A DNA stretch of 64,000 nucleotides from Dicyema japonicum (lineage: Eukaryota; Animalia; Dicyemida), in NCBI GenBank assembly GCA_011109175.1, contig RDEW01000056.1, positions 1-64,000 of the forward strand, in the 5' to 3' direction. Each line of letters starts with the position of its first letter. Positions within the stretch are counted from its first letter, which is position 1. The position numbers and the translations under genes were made by a program. Below the pieces are notes generated by a model. The model saw only the letters and a program-made list of their open reading frames with translations, did not search any database and was not told where the DNA came from. This document shows positions 36,927 through 50,547 of the stretch, piece by piece.

Positions 36927-37102
36927 TATTAGGAGGTCATTCTGAGGATATATGCGATCTGCTGTTTATGCTAATATTATTGTGAGCCACCCAAGTCGAT
37001 TAAATCAGTGTGGATAAACTATTAGAACATGATTCTTTTAGGGCCAACTTTCTAGGAAAATATAAAGGAAATAAGTTAAATTTCGAGTTTAATGAAATTT
37101 GG

Positions 37103-37777
37103 TTAATAATTTAGAAACCATATAAAATTGGTAATAATTGCACAATGTTTTTTGTGAACACATATAAAATTATAGCCTTCAAATATGACAGAGGAGTTAT
37201 TATTAGTACTGATTCTATTCCCATTAACGATTACACATCCTGTACTATGTGAAATCATTTTTAGCCGACCATGAAAACTTTTTACTATCCCGACTGTCCT
37301 CGACTGTTGGTTTCGGAATCGTCGCCCCAAAACGAGAAATATTAGATTTATCTCAAAAAATGTACTTTTTCGGAAGGTTTTTTGATATACTGAGAATAAG
37401 GAATTTCTACAGAATAAATGGATACCAAATACAATTACGTCAATTAGCCGTAGAAATTAGCATTTATATGGAAAGTATAAGAACCCAATCTTCAGTAAAT
37501 CTTTATATTTACAACCCTAGGAAATCCTTATTGCTGGAAGGGACAAAGCTGGGTTCGGCGTAATAAAAGTAGACAAATCCTACAATATTTCTCAAAAATG
37601 GGCACTGGGCATAGGATCCGGCCCAGATACCTTTATGAGCATCTTAAATAGCTCGTAAATCAATCCCTCACCATTATAGCCTTGCAGCAAACAGACCGAG
37701 TCATATTCTGGCAGCTTTAGAAACTCTGAATGATTCTTTAAGTAAATATTACATTGGATTTGAATATTTTCACTCAC
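37103..37777 (-). CDS. Unidentified spliced protein-coding gene
   Basis: ORF 37592-37777 joins in frame to CPFLRNIVGFVYFYY via a 26-nt GT..AG intron (37605-37630). The downstream ORF is open to 37103; the middle exons are unresolved. Confidence 0.45.
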
Positions 37778-38314
37778 ATTGTAAAAGTTTATTTATGTTT
37801 CACTAAAGTATGGATCTTGGATGAAGAAAATAAGGGAGGGAATTTAGTAGATCGACAGTTCCCGACTAACTTCTTTTTGCCTATTTTATACTAATTTTAT
37901 ATACTCTTACTGTCTACCATGTTGAGGGGATTAATCAGTTGACTAAAACCTGAAACCTTTTGTATTTTACATTTAATTCATGAAAATTTGCTATCTCCAG
38001 AGTTTTTCATGCATATTCAAAGAAAGTTTCCTGCTCAGACTTAAATAAATTTTTCAGGAAAAAACACAGCTCTACCGACAAAAGTAGGTAGTGCTTCCAT
38101 TATTTAAACCAACTTCAGGCAGAACTCGCACATTATTTTAACAAGAACAGTAATGCTAATTAATATATCCAAGACATTTTACAGTGAAGGGTCATTTTTT
38201 ATTAATTACTTGTTTATCTTTACTAACTTATAAATGCCATTTTTGATTTTAAATAACATAATTCATTTTAGTTGTCATAAATAACATTTTTTACAAGACC
38301 ACTGTTAAACCGAA

Positions 38315-38790
38315 AAAAACTAAGTGATCCCGACGAATTGGATCAAGGGGATCAAGGCTTTCATCTTTGCTCGGTGTTGATCCCATGAGCCTACACAAGT
38401 CTGTTGCGGGCGAGCACTTCCTTTTTGGCATTGGTGTCCATTTTTGTTTTTTTTCGATTAGTGTCTCCATGGGCGTCGATGCTTTGATGTTTTCCCTGTA
38501 AACAATCTCTCAGTTACTTTGAAGGCCTTTTTCTGGGTTGCGGAGATTTTCTGGATGTTTGTATAAGAGGCCAGTGGTCCCCATGAAATACACGCATATG
38601 AAATGCATGGTTCGATGTACTGTGAGTAGAGCGTTTTAAATATAGGGTGATGTCCAATTTTCCATAGACCTGTTAGGCATTTCAGAAGGTTGATTTTCTT
38701 CTCACATTTGTTAAGCACGTTCGTGACATGTTCATGTGCGTATTGAAATTTGTAAAAATGGTAGCTTTCATGCATAGAGTTTTACTTTAG
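38315..38790 (-). mobile_element. Vingi-like LINE 3' fragment
   Basis: HVTNVLNKCEKKINLLKCL..LYSQYIEPCISYACISW; terminal GGGATCACTTAG motif. Confidence 0.75.
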
Positions 38791-38965
38791 CCCTCATAAT
38801 TATTTACTATATTTAAACCATTCAGCTCATAAAGATTTAAACTCAGGATATTTACGTTAAACTCTAAGTTCCATCCAGCTCTACCCATTCAGAAGAGCAA
38901 ACATAAATACTAGCACAATTAGTTAACAGTATAAAATAAAACAATTTTATTAAAAAATGAAATTT

Positions 38966-41850
38966 TTATTTCATGCAAAATCTATGACATAGCAGTCCAC
39001 CCTCCATCACAGCAAACACAGACTGAGCAATACCTTGCCCACAGACGGAGCACACACTGAATATTCATAAACTATACGTGTCATTGTTCACCATTATAGG
39101 CCTACTCGTTAGTTGATTCAGCTCTTTGTACATCCCCACTATTCTATGCTTCAGCAGATCCTTCGTTATGGTCAAACTCCGATGAGCCGACAGATCTTTG
39201 TGGAAGGTCTGAACAATTAAAGGAGCCACAAAGGAATATGTCATTTCATCACTCAGGGACTCAAGCACCTTCGACAGCTCTAATTTTGTCCCTGAGTTCT
39301 TGAAAAGCGAGTGAAGGGGGGACCATGTGGCATCAACATCTGACCTTCCGTCAACAACAAAAATAACCGGTATATCTCAATGTACATATCGAATAGCACG
39401 TGATATAGATTTACTGAGCAAGTCGAGAACTTCCTACAGTATTCTTCTGCCCCCTCGTAATCTGCGAGATCCTTGACTATAATATCCAAGGCTTTCGAGT
39501 GATCCCCAATCTATGGTAAACCAAGGAATACCTTCCCATAGAGCATACAGAGCTCATAAGCCAAAAAGTCAAAAGATTTCAAACGAACCAGAATATCAGA
39601 TATCCTTAGATTTTCAGAAAAGAGGAGAAATTCTCTCAACCGCCCTCGTGCTGTATCAAAATCTTCGTCCTTGAAATGATTCACCGTGGATTTGTGGGCC
39701 TGAATGGTCCTCTCCAAGTAATAAGAGGCATAACTCAGTGTGGAAATCCTGGTCCTACGGATCGCAGGGTCACATACCTCATCCCTTAACTTGAACACGT
39801 TGTACTCATAGAAGATCTGGAGAGTCGCTGGATGTGACTTTAAACACTCCACAAACGACTTCCTCTCATGAGGATCCATCTCTAAGGGTGGAATATGACA
39901 CGTGTACATCTGCACGTAGGTACAACACGAACCCTGATAGCCGTCTGCGGATCGTAGGAGAAGACGAATTTGATAAACCGCAGAACGCTCACAGAGTCCT
40001 CCATACTATAATCAAAGGACAAGGGTACGTTAACACGAGGTCTGCGATTGCCTCCAGTCCAGGGTAGAGGGGGTCCTCGAACGAACAGTTCTCCAATCTA
40101 AACATTAGTGGTTCAAGACTTTGTCCATATTTCGAGAGCACCTCCAATTTGATTCTTGTGGTACATGAGCAAAGCCAAATAGTGGTATCTCCCTGCAGAG
40201 ACAAAGGACTCTCTGCAATCCTCTATGTGACAAGAAGGAGGACGTTCCACAAGGTCTTTCAACTTAAAGTCAAGCTCCAACTTCAAAGTAAGGGAGACAA
40301 CAGCACAGTCTACACACTACCAAAATGGAAACCAGGAATACCCTTCTGTTTTGAAAATACTCTGATAAATCTGTTTCTAATAAAAATTGCAATAAAAAAT
40401 GCCAATAAACCTCAATTGACTCTCTATTATCATAATATACAAAATTACCCATTCGAGGCTATTACATCAGATACACGTGGCAAATCAGAGGAGGATATTT
40501 CTGGGAGTAGTTCTGGGGGAACTAGTCCTTCATACATTTGTATTATCTTAATAAAATAATTATGTACTTGCAATACGTCGATGGCTGAATTCCTGAATAG
40601 GTCGTCGGCTTCTTGGAATTTAGCTTCCACAAACTTTATTATAGCAGCACGTGACTTAAGATGTGAGTAATACTAGTCAAAAATAACACAGGTGACCACA
40701 GATTCAAATTCTGACGAGTCCATTGTCGGTTTCACGGCATTTTGGGCCAGGGTGAGTGCATCATAGACGAATCCCTCTTCTAAGAGGGAAGCCACATGTT
40801 TGGTGTGCTCAACGGGGATCAACGAGAAGATAATATTTGGAGATACAAGTAGCACCTGCTTCTTCTCCACGACCAGGAATCCCCCGCCGTTAAATGGGAG
40901 GGACTGCTTCAGTTTCTGATCAATAATACTTCATCATACAATTAAAAGTACCTGTAAACGTGGAGTCCGGTTGGGGTGAGGCAAATTATGTAGGGAAATA
41001 TGAAAGCTATGGAGTGGACCTCCCCTGCATACTGGATGGGTGGCCTATCGGAGACTCCATCATGTTTGGTAAAAATCCCAAGCGAGTTAGGTCCGTTAAC
41101 AAGAAAAAGTCCCTGATTTGGTAACCAACAGCTTACATCCCCCACTCTGACCACATGGCTGGTCGTGGATGACTCGATTGGGAACAAACGGAGGATCATA
41201 GAGCTTTCAATATTGATGAGAAGGTAATTAGAACTGGTCCCCACGCATAGACAAGGAAAATCCACCGCCTATTTGAAGAACTCACGTGTCACCAGTGTGT
41301 TTACGGGACTGTCACAGTTGACTGACCTGATCTGTTCAAAACGACTAGAAGTCACTCGGTGAAGCTGAACATTTCCCCTGTGGACAGTCCAAAGAAACAA
41401 TCCGTCCAATCTATCCTCCATGTGGAATGAGACCACCCCACGGATATTTTTAACATCAGGAACAAACTAAAGAACACTTGGACGAACATTACCTCCAGAC
41501 TTTCCATATCCATCAGAAACAAACGTGAATTATGTAAGACCAGGATTCTTGCAATATTAGAGGCAACAAATAAGTCCTTAATTTTCGAATTCTGTCAATA
41601 AATAAAGAAATACTCCATGTAATTGATTCACTTTGATATGTGCCGGTGGTGACACATGAAGGGACAGTTTATGCATCATTCTATCGCTAATAGCCGTAAC
41701 TTACCCTGTAGTAGTCCCTATGTAGAGCATGGAATCCACCAACCGGGCTGCCGTGATCTGTTGTCGTCAAGAACATATAACCTGGGATTTCCTCCATGAG
41801 TTATCGAGGCTATCAAGCAAACAGATTAGGTCGAAGACATTACTGCACAT
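38966..41850 (-). CDS. TGFBRAP1: TGF-beta receptor-associated protein 1 / VPS3 (CORVET subunit)
   Basis: CNH domain FLVNGPNSLGIF..GVSDRPPIQY..FPYIICL, KQSLPF, FQEADDLFR, CHCR region LYGKIGDHSKALDIIVKDLADYEGAEEYC, C-terminal CSVCGQ..CHRFC. Many 21-24-nt introns (39057-77, 39345-67, 39511-31, 41758-81). VPS39 is the less likely alternative. Confidence 0.85.
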
Positions 41851-41959
41851 TTTATGATTCAGATTATTAATTTAAATATCTTAATTGGATGGTTTAATCA
41901 TTATTTAAACTTTAAATAATTAAAGTATTTTTATTCTTTTATTTTTAGATCGATGTTGT

Positions 41960-44035
41960 TAATGTCAATACAACCCAATATTTTTGGAGGTCAAAACAAG
42001 GTCCCGGATAAAAGGACAATGCCCAACAATAACTAACTACAGCCTTGCGAATTGGAAAGGATTCAAGGAATACGTCGATAATTGTATTGGACTATTAAAT
42101 TTCCCCACTTTTCCCTCCGTCGAACAATTAGTAAAATGGTTCAACTCCATTATAAACGATGCGAAAAAGAAGTACATTCCTATGGGGAGACAACCAACGT
42201 CATCAAAACGTTTTAACACAACGACGAAACATCTGATCGAGAACGAAATAATCTAAAGATGGTAAAATCGCCAACAGAAGAGAACATCAGGAAAATACGA
42301 GAATTGAACAGAGAGAGCGACAACAACATAAAGACAAAAAATGCAAATAGATGGACGAGACTATCGAAAGCTCTCTACAAAAACCCCCCAATGCAAAGAG
42401 TGTGGAAGTGGATCAAAAACATCAAAAGACCCTCCCCAGAGAGAAAAGTCGAAGTCTACATAAAACCAGACACTCTGATAAAATATTACACATCTATATC
42501 CTACAGGAAGGTTTCAAAAGAACACTAAGTATTCCTGAAAAAGATTGAACCGAAGCGCACCGATGACTGGATCCTATTTACTAGTCAGGATGTTCGCAGA
42601 GCCATATCAAAGGCCAACAACTCAGAGGCCAAAGGACCAGACAACATAACCACATGTGAACTGAAGCACCTAGGCCATCAATCCCTGAAACTATTAGCCT
42701 ATATATTCAACCTATCCATTAACACAAATACAATCCCTGAAATATGGAAGAAGTCTCTAATCAGACCTATCCGAAAACCCAACAAATTAATAGATGAACC
42801 ATCTTCCTATCGCCCAATATCTATTCCAAGTCCGGTTTCAAGGATCCTTGAAAGGCTTGTTTTGGAAAAAATACAAGACTCAATCGCAATACCTCCGACC
42901 CAGCACGGATTCCGGGACAACCATTCGACGACAACACACTTTACAACCCTCACAGAATTCATTGCGGAAGGATTTAACTCCCCAAACCACATCAAAACAG
43001 TACTTATATCCGTGGACATCACAAAAGCGTTCGACTCAGTCCCCAGGAAACTCCTAACAAAGAAAATATACGAAACCAACCATCCGAACCTGAAACTTTG
43101 GCTTGGAAACTTCCTAAATGGAAGACGAGCACAAGTACTCTGCAACAACATCAAATCAAGATCTCGCTATTTCCCAAATGGAGTCCCTCAAGGCTCCCCA
43201 CTATCACCCCAACTCTTCAATCTCTACATAAACGACATGCCACAAACCTGTAATGAAAACTGTCTAATCCTCTCCTATGCCGACGATATCATTCTTGCTT
43301 CCAAGAACAGAAGCATTCAATCAGCGACTCAGTTGGCTCAACAAATGCTCGACAACTTGGAACTATGGCTCTCGAAGCGGAGACTTGACACATCAGCAGC
43401 AAAGTCCTTTGTCACACTGTTTACCACCTACAAGAGACAGCTCTGTATCGAACCAAAAGTCTTTATGAAGAACGAAGCTATCTCTATTAACAAAACACCG
43501 AAGATTCTGGGAGTAACCTTTGATCAGGGACTCAACTTTATCCGGCATGTTGAAAACAGAGTAACTTCTGCTCTGAAAAAAATGAGAATTTTAAAAGTGC
43601 TCTCAAAAACACTTAGAGATCAAACTGGGATCCTTGCCACGATTTACAAACAATTTGTCCGACTAACGATGACGTATGCATGACCTTCATGGGCAATGCA
43701 AATGTCACGATCTTCCACATTGAAATTATCTGCAATCGAGGAGACTGCAATAAGGTTAATTGGACCAGATCACAATATCCAACCTATTGAAAACTTTTTA
43801 ATTAAAATACAACGGAAACTATTAAAGGAGGCTGTTCTACCGAGCTGCCCTCTATTCCAAATACTATCGAATTATCTACAATCATACAGAAATTGTGAGC
43901 CGATGCCATGTCCAATGAGAAGAGCTGTTCAGGATTCTCGACCCCGCCGGACTCGTCCTCACCTTTGTCGGTCTGGGATCACTTAGTTAGATGAGAACTT
44001 TTATTTCTTTCTCTTTGACCCAGTAATAATAATGT
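41960..44035 (+). mobile_element. Vingi-like LINE, 5'-truncated (RT + C-terminus)
   Basis: KGPDNI, SYRPISIPS, QHGFR, DITKAFDSV, GVPQGSPLSP, SYADDI; GGGATCACTTAG; (TAA)n tail. Confidence 0.93.
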
Positions 44036-44039
44036 TGTT

Positions 44040-44590
44040 AATGCCTGGCCGGAGTATTTTCTCGCCCATCGTTAGAGCTTTTATACAAACAATTCCTTCT
44101 ACTTAGTATCGAGTACGCCTGTGCTGCATGGATTGCTCCCTTATCAATATCGGCACAGAGCAAGCTGGAGGTTCTACAAAATTGATGTCTCAGGATTCTA
44201 GTGAGATCGTCGAAAAAGACGTTCACCTCGTTACTGCGGAGAACACTAAACGTCCCCCCCCCAATTATGGAATACCTTACGGAACGTCACCGAGACTTCC
44301 TCAAGATGGCAAAGTCCCCTGACCATCCCCTTGGACCGCACATCAGATTATATATGGACGCCTGCCCAAGATATGAGAAGAAACTTTCCCGTTGTGGAGA
44401 TTAATCCAGGAATCCAAACTAACCGCAGGAAAAGGATTGGTATGGACAATGGGATCACTTTTGGTCGGCACAAGCAGATGTTCTCCCTTTGGTTTCTTCC
44501 TTGGATTAGTTAGTTATGACTGTTTGTGCTGGGCTTACAATGGTAAGCCTGGGGTTAATAATAACAATGGGATCACTTAATTAGACGATA
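44040..44590 (+). mobile_element. Vingi-like LINE 3' fragment of another subfamily
   Basis: IEYACAAW..LEVLQN..LRIL; 3' UTR hairpin GGGCTTAC-AATG-GTAAGCCT; TAA tail. Confidence 0.7.
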
Positions 44591-44827
44591 ACTTTTATCC
44601 TCTATTCGTGATTTCGGGGTTAATAAAATAAATAAATGTCTGGCTGGAAACTCGCTAATACCCTTGCCCCGGAACATGCACGGAAACTCGCTAATAACCT
44701 CATGAAATACTGTGTCGATCAGCTACAAGAATTTCTCTTTTTCTACATGACAAACGATGTGGTCCACAACAGACGATATTACTACATTCTTCACTCTCTA
44801 CGACGTGTAAAAAACTATTAAATTTCT

Positions 44828-45240
44828 ATGACCAACCCGAGCCTGGGGCTTCGACGGTGTCTGTGCTATTTACCTCAAACACCTAGGACCTCAGACTCGT
44901 ATTGTGTTTCAAGACTACACAGCCATTCTATAAATTCCCAAACAATACCAAAGATATGTAAGAACTCATTGATTAGTCCAATCCTCAAGTCTGGAAAATC
45001 AAAAGACATTCCATCTTCTTACCGACCTGTCTCCATAACTTTGGCCTTGTCAAAAGTGTTGGAGAAGTTTTTACTAATGTTAATCTCCCTTGTTCTACAA
45101 TTTCCTGATTTTCAACATGGCTTCAGATCAGGCCGTTCTACAATTACGCATTTGGGATCTGTTTCCCAGTTCATCACAGACGGCTTCAACATGAAGACGC
45201 ACTTATGGACGTCTCTGGTGTCTATAGTTAAACAGAGCAA
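44828..45240 (+). mobile_element. Vingi-like RT fragment
   Basis: LISPILKSGK..SSYRPVSI..KVLEK..QHGFRSGRST. Confidence 0.8.
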
Positions 45241-45397
45241 GGTATAAAGAAGATCCTTGAGGGACTCCGTTGGGGAGGAGCCGTGAGATTGATTTTAGAC
45301 CTCCGAGGCGAACACGTCCCCTTCGTCCACTTAGGAAGTTAGTGATTTAAAGCTTTTAGTTTCCCTGGATCTCCGATTGAAATATTTTTTCTAGATA

Positions 45398-45545
45398 GGG
45401 TGGCACAGTGGTTCAAAGTGGCTTAGGTCACGGGTTCGATTCTCGCTGCTGTTCACCTGGTGGAAGGTTCACACGTCTACGATGCTAAAAAAGCTTGACG
45501 AGTGACGCCGTCATCAGTGGAGGTTCACTGCGGAACTGGATGGTC
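45398..45545 (+). mobile_element. tRNA-derived SINE-like sequence
   Basis: A-box TGGCACAGTGG (45401) and B-box GGTTCGATTC (45433) without a full cloverleaf. Confidence 0.45.
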
Positions 45546-45550
45546 TAAAG

Positions 45551-46190
45551 CAGAGGAAACCAACCTGGGTCTGCGAAGTTCCAAAATTTTTTTAATTCTT
45601 TTTTCAATAGTTAATACATTTTATCAAAAAAAGAATAAAGTTAAAGCATCCCATTTTACAAAAAAAATTCAAAATAAACGAAAAAGCACTGCATGCTAGC
45701 TATGCTGTTGCTGAGATTACCGCTAAAATATGAAATCGCATACTCTCTCCGAAACTGTTATTTTGCCTACATGCAAAGAACTAGTGAAGATAATGTTCGG
45801 AGAAATTGGTTCCGCTGAGCTCGACTTAATTCTTATTTCTAATAATTCTGTGAGCAGACGCCTCAAGGATATGTCTGATGATATTAAAACCACTTTAGTT
45901 AGGCGAATAAAAAATCTGTGTTTTTTGCGTTCAAGTGGATGAAATCTCAGATATTACAGGAAGAATGCAACTCTTTGTTTTCGATGAATCCATTGTTGAA
46001 GATTTTCTTTGCTCAAAGAGTTGCTCGGATCAACAAAGGGATATGACATTTTCAATTCTATAAATTCATTTTTGAGGATATAAAGTTGGATTGGAATGTA
46101 TGTGTGGGTATCTGCACTGATGGTGCTTTAGCAATGACTGGGCAAATTAAAGGCTTTGTTACACCGGTCAAAAGCCGCTCGGTCTTCTTG
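45551..46190 (+). mobile_element. Buster hAT, 5' fragment with internal deletions
   Basis: TIR CAGAGGAAACCAACCTGGG after GTCTAAAG; collinear with 12582-13547 and 16150-16810. Confidence 0.88.
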
Positions 46191-46790
46191 GTTTTAGTAT
46201 TGTGCGTATTATTGCCTGTTTCCATAATAATGGTATCACATTCTGGTTTATCGAGTAGTTGAAAACCGAAATTAGGAAAGTGACTCATCTGTCTCCAAGA
46301 TTTTTTAATAAAATAACAGGAATGTTGTCTGGTCCGTAGGAGTATGTCGTTTTTGCGGAATGTATTGTATCCCTCACCCTTCTCTCAGAAAAGAAGAGTG
46401 GTTCTGATAGTCTCTTTAGTTTCCTGCGTGATGGTAGTGCATCGGACTTGATGTGGTCTTTGTGTGAAATTTTAGTTTAGAATTTTATCAAGTTATTCAC
46501 ATCTCTTTGAACATAATCCTCCTCTGTTGAAATTTCATCGCCTTTTGCCACATTTCGAATAACTTTCCACACCTCTCCTGTAGTGTGATTTCTATTTACC
46601 ATTGTAAGCACACGATTCCACTTTAACCTCTGGGCCTTGAGCTCTTTGGCCTTTATTTCATTTTTCAATGTTCTGATCCGGAGTTTCATATCCAAGGTTA
46701 TCCGGTTAGATTTTTAAAGCTGATTTCTTTATTTAATCAAGTCTTCCCTCGACCACTCTACGAATTTAAGTAATGTTTGGGTATAGCCCT
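46190..46790 (-). mobile_element. Vingi/Jockey-like pre-RT fragment
   Basis: EVWKVIRN...SYGPDNIPVILLKNL..VFNYSINQNVIPLLWKQA. Confidence 0.65.
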
Positions 46791-46799
46791 TGATCTTGC

Positions 46800-48035
46800 T
46801 TCCAAGATTAATTGGGTAAAGTAGCTGATGGCATTCTCCAGTTAAAATTAATATTTTCTTTATATTGTTTTACTAGATCCAATTTTTGAATTTTTCTCCA
46901 GGTTGACTGTCTAAGATGATAATAACATCCTCCAATATGTATTCGTCTCCCAAATACTCCAAATACCGAATCTTCAAAGTCTGCCATAATAGTTTCAAGA
47001 CAAAATTCCAAATTCAAATTATGAATTGCATTTTGAATAGCCTCAAAAAATTAATTGTAAATCTTTCGTGATTTAAAAGGTAATATTCTATAACTGTTAT
47101 TGCACTGGCATTGAACTGAATCTTGATAAAATAGATTTGCTTAAAGATATATGGTGCTATGGAGAAATTTCCATCCATATGATTTTGAATTCGCCAATAA
47201 CGTTAAATTAGTTTTGGTGCTGAATATTAATATTCTATCGGTTTCTTCTATGATTATCATAAATTAAAAAATTTTCTGAATCTGACCAAGAGTTAAAGAC
47301 GATGGAATATCTCCGAGATCGAAAATATTTTCGGAATAGGTAGAGACAAGCGTTGATTCCTTAATGTTCGCTTGAAAGAATCTGCAGAAGGGAGAATAAT
47401 TCTGGTTGCTTTTTCACATTGAGACACAACCTTTGAATAGATTTGTAAGGAATTTTCTTGAATCGTTTTAGCAATAAGTTTTGAGCTTCGTTGTACAATT
47501 TCATCAGTTTTTATTCGACTTTTGTCACATTCGTGATTGTGAGATTTCTTCTTGGGAAATTCAAAATTATGATCTGTTCTTAGGCTTCCTCTGCATCCTT
47601 GTGAAGATTTTTCACACATTTAAAAATTATATAGTTTTTTGTCACCGAGTGCTTTGTATACATATAACCCTTAAAACAAATTTTCTTTTTTTCTTTGTTA
47701 GTTAATATTATCTCCATTTTGTCACTTATTTTTGCGGCAAGCATAATATTTAAGATACGCTTAATTATAACTTAAAATCCGTATATTGATTTAAGTCAAA
47801 AAGATTATACCAAAGCGGAAAAAAGTCAAGTCCGTGATTTTGTTAACGGACTTGACTTTTTTCCGTTTTGCACTAAAATTTCGAAAATTTATAAGGGAAA
47901 ATTAAGATAATTGGAAAAAAAGTCAAGTGTTGAAAAAATTATTAAAAATTAAAAGATGTATCACAAAAATGCGATATAAACTAAAAAAGACGACATGACT
48001 TTTTTTTCTGCTTGACCTTTTTTCCGCATTCCGAT
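46800..48035 (-). mobile_element. MULE (Mutator-like) transposon, FLYWCH-like + DDE remnant, one terminal region
   Basis: CEKSSQGCRGSL..HNHE..LPSADSFKRTL; IMADFE..GCYYHLRQSTWRKIQ; terminal GGAATGCGGAAAAAAGGTCAAG with repeated GGAAAAAAGTCAAG sites. Confidence 0.82.
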
Positions 48036-48517
48036 TTAAAATCTAAATTACCGTTTAGTTATGAAAGACGTGCAAGATCTATTGAAAAAAATATTGCACC
48101 ACTTGAAAAAATAATTCTTGTTTGGTGCAAGGGGTCAATAATTTGAAAGGTGACATATGGTGTCTCGCTATACCAGACTCTATCAACTAGGACAAACTCA
48201 TTGAGTTCTCCCTTTTTAATTAGTAATTAGTAACGAGTTTGTTATGTTAATAAAATTATCTGCCCCGTTTGCATTGCTGTCTAAATGATAGTTATAGTGC
48301 TTTGTTAGGTTTCCTAACTTAACCGCTCAGATTTAACCGTCTAAACTGGTTAGCGTTAACTTTCTGTCATACGTTAAGCGGCTTTAACTGATAGATAGAA
48401 TTTGCGCCTCATTCTCAGCCTAACCTCATTTAGAACCAGTCACAATAATTAATGAGATCATTAAGGTTGAAATTCGACTAAATAGAAAAATTCGTTTTTA
48501 TTCTGCACCAGTATTGT

Positions 48518-48661
48518 ATTGATTGACAAATTGTCGGTAATGATTGACCAGGTATCGATATTGATTGACGAAATGTCGTTGTTTATTGACTATTGTCATT
48601 TTTGGTTGACGAAGTGTCATTAATGATCGACTATTGTCGTTATTGACTGACTATTGTCGTT
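48518..48661. repeat. Degenerate 20-21-bp tandem array, 7 units, each with a GAC-N4-5-GTC dyad
   Basis: attgattGACaaattGTCggt, aatgattGACcaggtaTCgat, attgattGACgaaatGTCgtt, etc. Confidence 0.75.
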
Positions 48662-49629
48662 AGTGATTAACGTTAGTGATAGGAAAACTCTATATTTTTT
48701 AAGAATTTAGAGGCTATCCAATCCGGGTAAGAACAATCCATATGTTCTTCTTTTTTTTTAAATAACTTCTAATTAATTTCCTAACATGTAATATTTATGA
48801 AGTTTTCTACTCTTTAATCTTAGAGAGAGTGATACACCAAATGCTAGCCCAGGAGTTCATAATGAAAGACACTTTTCGGACCTTTAGGTGGGGTTTTATG
48901 AGAGGTGATTTTGTATTGACTGCTTTTGGAGGTTGCCTTTCATATCCGTCAGCAAGGAGACTGAAACACTGTAAAGTTAATGATGTGGAGAGGGAGTTCG
49001 ACTCGGTCTGCCACGAGTGCCTCATGCTCTTATACTACAATTATACTTCATTTTAAAGTTTTATTTTTAATGTGAGTTCTAATCCTGCATTAGAAGATGT
49101 CTGCTCATATGCCAGTGAGTACCAAGTACATGCCTTCTTTAACCCAAAGGGGATTCCTATATCTTGTATTCAAACATGGGAGATGTAACCTTTCCAGTCC
49201 AATGCAGCTAAGAGGTGGAAAACTGTTTCTTAAATTGCAACAAGATTTAATATGGTTTGTTTTGACGACCTCTTCTCATGTCAGAGTCCGCCTTTGAGTT
49301 CTGCACAGAAGAAAATATATCTTTCAGATCTCTGGGAGCATCCGCTCGTGGCTACGACGTTCTTGTTAGTCACCAGTTTCTTTCACTCGAAGGGACCGAG
49401 AGTAAATAAATGGTTGGTTTTTGAATAAGTGCTAACTTTACGTTCAGTCAAGGACTTAAAGACGGAACTCTGTAACCTCAGAAGACTTTTACCGAAATAA
49501 CTTAATATCTGACAAAGAAAAAGCCTTGAGAAACTTTCTCAATGAGGTTCCTGAAGAATTAAAAAATGATTCCCTTTCGTAAACCAAAGAAAAACGTTAA
49601 CAGTTAGAATCAGCAGGTTGACACTAAAA

Positions 49630-49985
49630 TAAGCGAATTCTGGTGACACTCAAAAACGAGAAGAAACTGAAGACTGATTCAGTGCAATCCAATGTAATGA
49701 ATGACTCAGTTGAAATCTGAGTTGACACCTTTATCAAAACGGAATTATTGAGCATAACACAGACCTGTTCGTTTTTGATAAAAGGAGAAACAAAATTACC
49801 TTGGTCGAAGTAGGAATAACATTTTCCCAAAAACAACAGCAGGTGGAATGCGAAAAGCTGAGGAATGACCTTCTTTCCAAAGAACTGAAGTTGATACACC
49901 ACGCAGAGATCAAGATTGTCTGGATTGTACTCACTTGGGATAGCCTAGTGATTCACATTCGTGGAAGTATGCCAGATCTTTAAAT
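49630..49985 (+). mobile_element. R4/Dong-like RLE C-terminal fragment
   Basis: KLKTDSVQS..VEI.VDT.IKT...DLFVFDKRRNKITLVEVGIT..QVECEK...LTWD; paralogous to 53540-53830. Confidence 0.75.
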
Positions 49986-50030
49986 ATAAATGAAAGAACG
50001 TATGTTCAATCGCTGGTAATCAAGAAAACT

Positions 50031-50510
50031 TTGGAGAGTATGATAGTTTCATATAAGAACGAAGTCGATGCTTCGTGGCGTTATGATAACATTGTTTTCT
50101 CAAAATTTTGCAAGACCTTAAAAAGAACAAACCAACATCGTCTGGGTTGTTTGGTGTCAGCTTCAAGTGAAGAGAGTGGAGCATGGCTTGGCGCAACACC
50201 TTGCCATGTCTTTTGAACGACGAATCTTTGATGATTGGAATCGGACAAAGGCTAGGACTAGATGTTTGCCAGGAGCACCGATGCCGCTGCGGGAAAATAG
50301 TCGATGCGAAAGGATTGCACCCGTTGTCCTGCAGAAGAAGCTCCGGAAGAGGACCACGCCACGCTGCTCTGAAGGCTACAGACTTTCCATCACAGGTTGA
50401 GCCCGTGAGTCTCGATCGAGGAAAAGGAAAGAGACCTGACTGGATGACCCTTTTCCCTTACACATCTGGAAGATCTTTGGTCTGGGACGCAACTTGCATA
50501 GACACGTAGA
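50031..50510 (+). mobile_element. CRE-clade 3' fragment
   Basis: SGAWLGATP..LGLDVCQEHRCRCG..DAKGLHPLSCRRSSGRGPRH..RPDWMTLFPYTSGRSLVWDATCIDT. Confidence 0.88.
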
Positions 50511-50547
50511 ATGGCCATTTATTTATTTTGTTAACTCCGAAAAAAAA

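Noticed and set aside
44370-44420. RCGD/VEINPG sequence resembling a 2A motif
   Set aside because: It lies at a LINE 3' end in the degenerate C-terminal CPRC knuckle and lacks an in-frame DxExNPGP.
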